NCBI RefSeq assembly: GCF_036321535.1
Contig: NC_087447.1
Span: 372,001-436,000, forward strand
Reading direction: 5' to 3'
Length of the DNA stretch: 64,000 nucleotides
From: Camelus dromedarius
Taxonomy: Eukaryota
Shown: one piece after another, positions 10,901 to 19,861 of the stretch
Layout of the letters: each line of letters begins with the position of its first letter
Numbering within the stretch: the stretch's first letter is position 1
Translations under genes and position numbers: made by a program
Notes under the pieces: generated by a model
What the model saw: the letters and a program-made list of their open reading frames with translations, nothing else
Told to the model about the DNA's origin: nothing
The model's database searches: none

Positions 10901-13900
10901 TCAGGAAGACACCACTGACCTCTATAACTGGGTCTGTCACCTCTGACAGCTCTGTCCCTTTACTGTGTATTTGTGATATCGCCAAGCTCGCAGTAATTCA
11001 GGTAATCGGTCGATTCCATTGGGGTTTCTGTGCTGACGGCCGTACCATCAGCAAGCAGTGGGCACTGCCATTCGCTCTGGCCCCCCCGCTGCTTTCTGCC
11101 TTACTGCCTGGCCAGGGCCTGTTGGCCAGCCCGCCGTTAACCAGCAGCAGTGACAGTGGCAGGCAGGCTTGGTTTGTCCTGACCTTGGTGGGCACGTGTC
11201 TGAGTCTCTGTGCATCTACTGACAGGATCATAAAATGACACTTCTCCTTTGGCCTATTAACCAACTAGACTCCAGTGACAGATTCTGTGATGGTCATTCA
11301 CCCTTCCATTCCTGCACTGACATACCTGCTGGTGATGAAGTATTTAAAAATCACTGTAACTTTAAAATAATATTTGCTCAGCAGTTTTCACCTGTTTTCT
11401 TGGGTGACAGCCCTTGAATTCCCTCGTTTGCACTTCTCTGGTTCTGGAATCGAGGACCGACTCAAAAGGGACCCTCCCTCTCACTGTTCTTCTCAACTGC
11501 TGGGTTGTCTGACGCTCCCTGCACAAGAAATGACTGTAAGAGACAGAAGCCGTCTATTCCATGATCAAACTTCCTTTTAAAACTGGCCCAGACCTGTGGG
11601 CTTGGCGGCGTGGGGAGCGTTAATCTCCATTTGATTTCTTTAGTGGCTATTAGCCCAGTCGAAGTTTTCTCTTTGGTGCCCAGCTTGCCTGGGTTTTCCA
11701 GACTGTGGGCACATAGTTTGTTCATAGTGGTCTTTTATTGTCTTAAATCTCTGCTGTGGCCGTAAGTGTTCCCCTTCTTAAATTTCATGTATTTATTCAT
11801 ATCGTCTCTCTTTTTATCCCTGAGCAGTCTTGCCAGAGGATCCTCTGTCAATTTTGTAAAGAGTCGCTCTGGGCTCTTTGATTTTTCCAGTTCCTACTGC
11901 TTTCATCCTGATCTTCGTCAAGTCTTTCCTTCTAGCTCTTTTTGTTATTTACTGTTGTTCTTTTTCTGGCCCCCTGAGCTGAATGCTGAGCTTAATTGTT
12001 CTAATCCTTCCAGTTTTTCGGTAAATATATTCAAAATCTAACTTTCTGTGTACAGCCTCAGGCAGGGTCCCAGAGATTGCATGTGCTTTGTTTTTTTCAT
12101 TAGTTCTATGTATCTGGTAACTTTTTTACTCAATCTGCGATGATGCAAAATCTACTGATCATCTGCACCTTTATTCTTCTACCATCATTGGGTCCCCGTT
12201 TTCCAAGGGCACAAAGCCACCCAGAGGAAGCCTGGGGCTCCCGGCCAGGCAGCCAGGTCCAGGCCAGCTCTCAGGCTGAACCACAGGCCACAGGCAGGAC
12301 GAGGGACGGGACTCTCGAAGACATGGAATCAAACAAGAGGACCGTCAGGGAAATGAAGACAAGCTTGAAAGAAATACCACAGGAAACCCCATCTGAGACA
12401 CTGTGGGCAAGACGGGGGTGAAAACATGAGTAGAACCCCGTGGCTGCGAATGGGGTTTGAAAGAATCCCGGAGGGGGCAGACAGATGGAGGCACGTGCCT
12501 AGTCTCTGCAGAAGCAAGTGGAAGCGACAGGTCAGAACCAATGTCTAAAACGTAAAGAAAATTTGTCGGACATAAAAGCAGCCTTTCATCTACGGACCGA
12601 AAGGAAACTGAAACTGAACCGCCAACACTGAAACATACCCTAATAAAGGCACTGGGCTCCAAGATAAAGACAAAATTGGGGGGCAGCCAAGTAAAGAGAT
12701 CAGGTCTTCCCTCAAGCAGAAAAAAATGAAGTTCCCCTCAGACTTGCACACAGACATACTCAAGGCCAGAAGACAGTGGAGTGACGTCTACATGCCCAGT
12801 GGGAAGAAGGCGTGAGCCGAAGGTTTCCCACCAGCCGGCATCCCGGAAAGCGTCAGAGACGGGGAAGACAGTTGATTCGCCCCTTTTAAGGAAATCACTG
12901 GACACAAATTTCAGCCACTTAAGAGGTGATTGGAAAATCCCTTTAAGGCAGTAGACGGGGCTACACCTGGAATCTCTGTAACTAAAGGACAAAGGCTAAG
13001 GTAAAGGTAGAGATTGCAGAGCAGAACAAAACCTGGAAATACAGAGCGCAGGTTAAGTGGTGGATGAGACATAACTGAAGGGGAATTTGCGAACCAGATG
13101 AATGGAAGGATTCACCAGGCCATGCAGAAATGTGAAGCTGCCAGGAACACCTGAGAGGTGAGGGCCCCTCCGCATGGACCAGGGAGGAGGCAGAGCCCTC
13201 CAAGCAGGAGGAAGGGAAAGTGCCAAGTCCACAGGTGCCAAAGTGTGGGTGTGATTCAGGGTCTCTGGGGGGTCAGCGCGGCTGCAGCCGGGCGGCAGAG
13301 GCAGGGTGGCCAGCACAGCAGAACCCATTTGGGGCCATGTGGGGTCCCTCACCACCCCCACCGACTGGTACCCCCAGGGAAGCCACCTCACCCCCTCATC
13401 ACTGTCCCCAGTTGCTCAGCGCTTCCAAGCAACATTTCAGACCCTCACTCCCAATCTGAGTGCCCGAGAAGCTGTCAACAGTATAATTAGAAATATTGCG
13501 GCACGTGTAGCATGACAGGGACATGTCAAAGCAAACCCAAAGACCCCTGGGAGGAAAAAGACAGTGCCAGGAGGGGAGTGCCGTCCGAGAGCCTTCAGTG
13601 AGAGTTCCAAGACGTGGAAGGGGATGTGGCTCCTCTGCCTCTTCAAACAAGAACGGCAGGCTATGAACAAAGGTCAGAGAGCAAGAAGGGCTCTGAGGAG
13701 TTAAACGTGTGAAGGCCAACAAGAAAGTTACTAGCAGCGTTGGAAGACAGGGAACTCTCCCAGAAAGCAGGGGAAAGGCCAAGATGGAAGTGGGAGGGAG
13801 AAGGGACGAGAGCAGGTCCTTCCCAGAGAACGTGGGATTGGCCACGCTCCCGGTGTGAGCACAGAGACCTCGAGGAGAGGAAACACAAAAGCCAAGCCCT

Positions 13901-16900
13901 TAGGCGCATCCCAGGAGCCAGTGGACAAAACACAAAAGCCAAGCCCTCAGGCCCATCCCAGGAGCCAGTGGACAAAACACAAAAGCCAAGCCCTCAGGCG
14001 CATCCCAGGAGCCAGTGGACAGGACATGCTGTGGTGGTCAAGTGTCCTGACAGGAGAGGAGGGACGCCCAGGCTGAGAGGACCTTGCAGTGTCGGGCCTG
14101 GGGGCCCAGAGGGGCCGGGGGCAGGAGGTCTGCTGTTTTAGGGTGGGAAAGCCCCGGCCTGCCCCAGGGAAGTGGCAGAGACTAGTCTGGGGCACCGGCA
14201 GGTGGCAGGGGACAGCCTGCAGGCACAGCTGGGCAGGGGGAGGGCCGGGGGAGAGGGGAAGGAAGGACACCCTGGCTGACCGCCCCCCCCAGGAAGGGGA
14301 CGCCTCACCCACCCCCACAGAAGCAGGCAGTAGCTCTCTGGCACCAGAGCAGCTCCCCACAGCTGTGGCCGGCCCCAGCCCCCCAGGGGGTGGACAAGAT
14401 AAAGGAACTTCTGCCCCTGCCGAAGGCCAGGCGGCTGCAGCAAGGAGGGAAGGCAGGGAGTGGGAACTCTGCCACAGGCCAGTCGCAGAGCCCCTGGGCC
14501 TGGAGACAGCCGATGTGGGTGGTGGTTGGGCTCAGACGTGGCACAAGGCCTTCATGTCCACAGATGCCCGTCCCTCCACCCAGGACGGCACTAACCAGCC
14601 AACCCTGCCCTCTGCAGAGACCTGGGCACCTCCCTGGGCCGCCTGCAGGTGCTGTGGCTGGCTCGCTGTGGCCTGGCCGACCTGGACGGTGTCAGCTCCT
14701 TCCCGGCCCTCAAGGTGGGTCTGCGGCACCGTGGGCTGGGGGGCGGTACCAGGCCAGGCCCTGCCCCCTGCCTGGCTGAGGACCCCGTCCTGCCCCAGGA
14801 ACTCTACGTTTCCTACAACGACATCTCGGACCTGAGCCCGCTGTGCCTGCTCGAGCAGCTGGAGGTGCTGGACCTGGAGGGCAACTGCGTGGAGGACCCG
14901 GGGCAGCTGTGCTATCTGCAGCTGTGCCCGAGGCTGGCCACGCTCACCCTGGAGGGCAACCCCGTGTGCCTGCGGCCGGGCCCAGGCTCCTCCAACGAGG
15001 TGTGCGCACACAGGACGGGGCAGGGCTCTGCGGCTCCAGCCCGCGGCCCTCCCGTGGACCCCCGTGGACCCGGGGACCTCTTTGCCCATCTGACCCCGCG
15101 GCACACCCCCAGGGCACGCCCTCCTGCACCCTGTGGCTCACTTACTGTGAGCTCATTCTCCCGTGTTGCTGGAGGCCCGGCAGCTGCCAGGACGGGACTG
15201 CAAAGGGAATGCCAGGCCCCTGAGGTCTGTGCACGTGCCACGTGGAAGCACATGTATTCTCTACGGTCTCCACACAGAGTTGTGTACACAAATACATACT
15301 CTCATACACACACTCTGCAGACCCCGTCAGAGCCCCCCATCCCCTGCAGAAATGCACTGATATGTCGAGGGCCTGTTCACAGCCTCCACCGCTGCATGCA
15401 CCCCTGCACTGCTCACACACGCCTGGAGATAACACATCCTGCCCAGCTGCTCCCCGGTGCCAGTGCAGAGTGGCCGCCCACTGGGCCAGAGCTCAGAGAG
15501 CTCAGGGCGGCTCCACAGTCCAGAGGGCACCCCTGGACCCTGGCAGTGAGCCTGGAGAGTGCGGTCATCTATGGGTGGGAGCCCAGGGTTGCTGCGGTCC
15601 CTGGTGTCCCAAAGTGACCCAGGCCAGCCTGACAGCCTGTCCAGAGTGGGGCAGCATCAGCAGCCCCCAGCTCCCCTGCCCACAGCGGGTCTGGGGGAGG
15701 CAACTGCAGGATGATGCTAGCCTGGTGGCCCCCCTGCCCGACACTACAGGCACCCCAGGGCTACGACTACCGGGCAGAGGTGAGGCAGCTTATCCCCCAG
15801 CTGCAGGTCTTGGACGAGGTGCCAGCCGTGCACCCAGGCCTGCCGACCTCGTGGAAACTGGACCAGGACTGGCTCATGGTGAAGGAGGCCATCAAGGAGG
15901 GCAGCGCCCTGGACAGCCTGCTTCCCAGGCTGGTTGCGGCCACCATCCACCTGGCCTCCGGTGAGGGCTGCCCCACCCTGCCTAAAGACCTCACCTCTGA
16001 GGCTCAGAGGAGGTCCCTACTCCCTGACACCCCCAGCAGGAGAGGTCTCCACCTTCAGCCACTACCCCCTCCCCCCGCCACAGGCCTCTCAGAGACAGCT
16101 GCACCTTCTGTCCCTTCTGAGCTTTAGCCCCTCATTCTCAGAGCCCTGCATACCTGCCCTGGGGCCAGGACAGCCTCCCCATTAGCCGCACCTGGTGGGT
16201 GCCTCCCCCACCATCCAAAGAGGGAAAGGAAGGCTGAACCTGCCGCTCCATGGCACTGGGCTTAGGGCACACAGATGCTGGGTGGCAGGGTCCCTGCTCT
16301 GTGGACAGAGGTCAGTTGGGGGCTCCCAGGCTGGCCAGCTGGTGTGGGCCTTGGTGACCTTTGATTTTCACCCTTGGGCAGATCATCCCTACGGATCCCC
16401 CAGTCGAAGACTCGGCCCTGACCCGTGCCTGCCTGAGATCCAGCCCCTGGCCCCGAGGCCCTGGCCCCTCTCCCTGCTGGTCCCTGGGGGTCCCCTGCCT
16501 GAAGACCTTCTTCCCAAGAGCCAGGCCCCAGAGGACCATGCCAGCAACCTTACCCACGGTATCTGACCCACCTGGGCCCAGAGCTGACCCTGGAGCCCCT
16601 CGGCCCCAAGCCAGGACTAGCCACACCCTCTTCTCCAGGCACCGGCCGAGTCCTCTGCGGGAACCCCAGCAAAGGCCTGCAGGAACGCCGGCACCAGGGC
16701 CAGGTACACCCTGCCTCCGCAGTGGGCCAGCATCCTGGGCCTGGGCTCCCAGCTCCTCACACCCTCTACAGCCGAATAAGGCCTTCTACCTCCAAGCCGC
16801 TGCCCACCAGCCTCCTCAAAGGCAGTGCCCCTAAACCAGCCCTTTCCCTTCCCAGGCCTGGGTGCACCCAGAGAAGCTGCCCCCATACAGACCAGAAGGC

Positions 16901-18977
16901 CTAGCCACCAGGGCTTCCAGCCCAGCACCTGACCCTGCAGACAGTTGTGACCTCCTGGCCAGGCTTCAGGCTTTGAGGGAGCTGTGCATGCGGTGGGTGC
17001 TCCTCACCATCCCCACCCCAGCCCCACTACCTCGTGTGTCCTGTCTGGTCGGGGCTCATGGCTGGAACCTGCTTTGGCTAAGTGGTCCCTGGTCCCCCAG
17101 GTGGCTGGAGGGGCTGGTCATGGGAGCCTAAGACTGAGGGACCATCCCAGAGTCACACTCACTTGGAATTGGCTCCAAAGGAGGGCAGGGCTGCAGCCTT
17201 TCCCCCTCCCCGCACCCCAGACCTCTCCCCCATAGGTGCCTGGAGTCCCAGAAGGCAGTGGCCACAGTTCCTGGGGGCCCACAGAGGGGCCCTGAAGAAC
17301 AAGAGGACAAGGCTGGGCCCAAGACTCCCCCTCGCCCCTCAAGCCTGGGCACAGGTACCCAGAGTGACCTCACACCCTTCAGACCAGCTGCACTAACTCA
17401 GTGCCTCGCTAGCCAGGCTCTGACACAGGTGTTACAGGGAGGGCCTCTCTTGGGGGTAGAGGCACACAGCCAAGGGATTCCAATCCCAAGTCCTCCTTCT
17501 CTGAGCCATGGGACCACAAGGCCACTACTAGGCCACCAGGGCTGGGTCACAGAGAGGGAGGGAGAGGGCTCTCCGGAGAAGGGCAGTGTAAGCAGAGGCC
17601 AGAGGGGCCCAGACTGAAAGAGGGTGCCGCGAGGGCCCAGGACAGGCCCGCCGGGAAGTTCTTGGGTGGGACAGAAGGCCAGCAAAGGGAAGGGGGCCGC
17701 CAGGTGGGCAGGAGACCAAGGCGGAGGGGCCACCCTTCTCCTGCAGACGGGGTCTGTGCCCGGCTTGGAACACAGAATTAAGCCAGGTGAGGCTGTCCCT
17801 CAGGGACCCTGGCTTCAGAGTGACCACGGCTGAGTGGAGCAAGCCCAGGGGCTGTGAGGCAGAGAGGCCCCGCACCCAGTGGGGCCCAGGGAAGCTTCCT
17901 GGGGGAAGGGTCTGCCCTGACTGTCAGAACAGCTGGGTTGGCAAACCTGGGGAGGTCTTTGTAAGCAGGGGCGGCAGGAGTGTAGGCTGAAGGGTTGGCC
18001 GAATGACCATTCTGTGGAGGGGGGCGTCAGGGGGCCAGGATGGAGCAGGGACAGGCCCAAGCTCTGCACATCCACGTGCTGGCTGGTGCCTTGGGGCCGG
18101 GCTGGAGAAAGGGGGCCCCGAGAACAGCTGGTTGAGAGGGGTCCACAGCCAGCTACCCTGTGGAGGGTGGAGGGTGAGCCAACAGGCAGCCAGGAGGAGG
18201 CGTGGCTGAAGTAGTGACAGCCATTGAGGGACGAGGGGCACCAGGGCCTCCTACTGCAGTCCAGGTCCAGGTGGGCACTGGGTGACCATGGCCATACCCA
18301 CCTAGCCTGCCCTCAGGTGGGTACCAGGGCCTCACTCTCTATAGGAGACGTTTGGGAACTGGCCCAGGGCCACCAGCCCATGAGCTCACCCTTGGGGATG
18401 GGGCCCAATGACCCAAAGCCAGAGCCCAACCTTGTGGCCTCTGCCTCCCCAGAGGTGGGTCCAGCTCAAGCAAAGGTCAGAAGTCACAGGGCTGAGGGCC
18501 ACAACTTCCCTGGGGAGCACAGGAAGTGGGGCAAGGGTGCTGCCTTGGGAGGGGGAGTGAAGGCCTAAGGGAGGAGCCACAGCGGACACTGCAGCCCTCT
18601 GGCCACCCCTATTATGATTCCCCGGGGCCTCTTGTCTGACATGCTGTCTCTTTCCTTGTTTTCCAGAGCCTTCCAGGACTGTAGGGTACAACCTGATCCC
18701 CTCTCCCCCCAAGTCCCTCATGTCACCTGACAGGGGCAGCAGCTCCTTGGGGTCCACAGATCTGCAGTTCCGGGGGCGTCGGCTCAGAGCCCTGGGTAGC
18801 TTGGGGCCTGGACAGAGTGGGGGGCTTGGCCTGGGTCGGGGGCTGGCTGCAGTGAGTGCTCTGAGAGCCCTGGAGGTGGCCTCAGGCTCCAGCCCTTCAG
18901 CCAAAGGACGTCCAGGCCCTAAGCCAGCACCGGATCCAGCAGCCAGACCCCCAGCCTCCAGTGCGTGTCGCACCTGA
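4760..18977 (+). CDS. LRRC56: Leucine-rich repeat-containing protein 56 (motile-cilia / dynein-arm transport factor), 11 coding exons, 552 aa
   Basis: Exons 4760-4936, 7011-7098, 7610-7670, 14618-14714, 14799-14999, 15750-15960, 16382-16558, 16639-16703, 16856-16992, 17221-17354, 18667-18977 (1659 nt, phases consistent). Contains RVRELSWQGLHNPCPQS, LRR strands LQVLWLARCGL and LEVLDLEGN, and the LRRcap YRAEVRQLIPQLQVLDE. Confidence 0.93.
6583..6800. mobile_element. MLT1-type (ERVL-MaLR) LTR fragment, possibly with an internal remnant to its left
   Basis: Begins TGTATGAGTCAGCTATTGCTGCAGTGATG, resembling MLT1 LTR ends; degenerate. Confidence 0.5.
7011..7098 (+). CDS. LRRC56: LRRC56 coding exon 2
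   Basis: cgcAG|HALAQADDLGLVSRLELRVNTRENSLGNF-G|GTGAG. Confidence 0.92.
7610..7670 (+). CDS. LRRC56: LRRC56 coding exon 3
   Basis: cacAG|GVHLPNLSQLKLNGSCLGSLR|GTGAGT. Confidence 0.92.
8140..9210 (+). mobile_element. Possible ancient hAT DNA-transposon remnant
   Basis: AT-rich block; 9145-9190 translates to MAVSSSESGREFST, like the hAT dimerisation motif xPVSSAxCERxFS. Weak. Confidence 0.3.
9640..10060 (-). mobile_element. Old L1 (L1M) ORF2 fragment
   Basis: Degenerate match to antisense L1 ORF2 3' sequence (ttttgggtctttaatccagctt...). Confidence 0.45.
10454..10775. mobile_element. MLT1 (MaLR) solo LTR
   Basis: cagttctggaggcc...gttccctctgaggct...ttataagctcaccagtc...attacgtctgcagagg, characteristic of MLT1B/C. 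Confidence 0.75.
11200..12130 (-). mobile_element. Old L1 ORF2 (endonuclease region) fragment
   Basis: T-rich antisense L1-like text, e.g. gcagtcttgccagaggatcctctgtcaattttg. Confidence 0.6.
12310..13100 (+). mobile_element. Old L1/HAL1 ORF1 fragment
   Basis: A-rich; tcagacttgcacacagacatactcaaggccagaagacagtggagtgac resembles the ORF1 SDFS..ARRQW motif. Confidence 0.55.
13881..14021. repeat. Minisatellite, 3 x 47 bp
   Basis: Unit AAACACAAAAGCCAAGCCCTCAGGCGCATCCCAGGAGCCAGTGGACA at 13881, 13928 and 13975; copies 1 and 2 each differ from it at one position. Confidence 0.95.
14618..14714 (+). CDS. LRRC56: LRRC56 coding exon 4
   Basis: tgcAG|DLGTSLGRLQVLWLARCGLADLDGVSSFPALK|GTGGGT. Confidence 0.93.
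14799..14999 (+). CDS. LRRC56: LRRC56 coding exon 5
   Basis: cccAG|ELYVSYNDISDLSPLCLLEQLEVLDLEGN...GSSNE|GTGTGC. Confidence 0.93.
15750..15960 (+). CDS. LRRC56: LRRC56 coding exon 6 (3' boundary uses a downstream donor)
   Basis: tacAG|APQGYDYRAEVRQLIPQLQVLDE...LLPRL-VAATIHLAS; the phase-1 donor CCG|GTGAGG at 15960/1 restores frame. Confidence 0.75.
16382..16558 (+). CDS. LRRC56: LRRC56 coding exon 7
   Basis: ggcAG|(D)HPYGSPSRRL...PEDHASNLTHG|GTATCT. Confidence 0.88.
16639..16703 (+). CDS. LRRC56: LRRC56 coding exon 8
   Basis: tccAG|(G)TGRVLCGNPSKGLQERRHQGQ|GTACAC. Confidence 0.9.
16856..16992 (+). CDS. LRRC56: LRRC56 coding exon 9
   Basis: cccAG|AWVHPEKLPPYRPE...PDPADSCDLLARLQALRELCMR|GTGGGT. 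Confidence 0.88.
17221..17354 (+). CDS. LRRC56: LRRC56 coding exon 10
   Basis: cccAG|PLPHRCLESQKAVATVPGGPQRGPEEQ...SLGT|GTACCC. Confidence 0.85.
18667..18977 (+). CDS. LRRC56: LRRC56 last coding exon
   Basis: tccAG|(E)PSRTVGYNLIPSPPKS...STDLQFRGRRLRALGSLGP...LRALEVAS...PKPAPDPAARPP; stop TGA at 18975-18977. Confidence 0.88.
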
Positions 18978-19585
18978 ACCTCATCACCCCGGCCCAATCC
19001 CACCCCCACTGGAAACTCCCACCTACTGCCAGGCTGGCCTGGGGGCTGGTCAAGAGGTCCCACTGTGGTCATGGGAGCACCCACTTGAACTCTAGCCTCA
19101 CAGCTTGCAGAGCATCTGGGGAAGTGTGCTGGAGGGGGTGGGGAGTGGACCTAGCACAGGAGAGGATCCTCTTGGAGTGAAGTCAGGAGTTGGGACTGCC
19201 AGGGGGTGGGCAGAGGGAGAGCCCAGGACAGGACAGCCCAATGCCCTACTGCTGGCCCAGCTACCCACTCCTTCCGTGTGGCCTGGCCTTCCTAAGAGGA
19301 ACAGGCCTAGAAGAGGGAAGGTTGGGCCCAGACCGAGATGGTTGGAGCTGGGCCCTGTCCATTTCCTGGCCAGCCCTCCAGCTGCCCCAGGGGTCTGAGC
19401 CACGCTCAGGCTGCTGTGGTCCTGAGTGGAGGCGCTTGCCCCAGGCAAACCAGGGTGCAGCCAGATCTCCCATCCTGGTGGACTTGTGGGTTCTCCCGCG
19501 GGGATGGGGTAGCCAGTTCCCTCCTCTTGGGGCAGGACACCCGGAAACCAAGGGAATCGTTTTCGACTCAGGTACAGAAATGTAG

Positions 19586-19591
19586 TTTACT
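19586..19591 (-). terminator. Variant polyadenylation signal AGTAAA, probable for LMNTD2
   Basis: TTTACT on the plus strand, about 140 nt past the LMNTD2 stop. Confidence 0.45.
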
Positions 19592-19610
19592 TGGGAGGCG
19601 GTGTTGATTC

Positions 19611-19616
19611 AATAAA
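19611..19616 (+). terminator. Polyadenylation signal AATAAA of LRRC56
   Basis: First canonical AATAAA I found after the stop codon (about 630 nt downstream). Confidence 0.75.
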
Positions 19617-19729
19617 TTATGCAGCCAGCAACGCCGGCCTTCGGCGCTTTCTTCCCGGACCACCCTGCCCTGCAGTCACGGAGACGGCTGGGGGGAGCCA
19701 GTCGCCTGGACGGCCGCTCCCCACCGGCC

Positions 19730-19861
19730 TTACACCGGCCAGCCGGCGTCCGCGATGATGGGTGGGCAGCTGAGGAAGCGGAAGCCGAACCTGCTCTCGG
19801 CGGTGCTCTGCACCGACAGCGCCACCATGGGACAGCCGCGGTCCACGCTCTTCCGGCACAC
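19730..19861 (-). CDS. LMNTD2: LMNTD2 last coding exon
   Basis: cccAG|VCRKSVDRGCPMVALSVQSTAESRFGFRFLSCPPIIADAGWPV*. Confidence 0.92.
   Translation of the reverse strand: MCRKSVDRGCPMVALSVQSTAESRFGFRFLSCPPIIADAGWPV

Noticed and set aside
13881-14021. CRISPR-like direct repeats
   Set aside because: Head-to-tail with no spacers, in a mammalian intron: a minisatellite.
14195-14208. CTCF-like motif CCGGCAGGTGGCAG (and similar hits elsewhere)
   Set aside because: Good match, but such motifs are frequent by chance in this GC-rich window; cannot be supported without ChIP data.
14649-15617. 322-aa ORF as a single-exon gene
   Set aside because: It is LRRC56 exons 4-5 plus read-through of introns; similarity ends at the 14999 donor.
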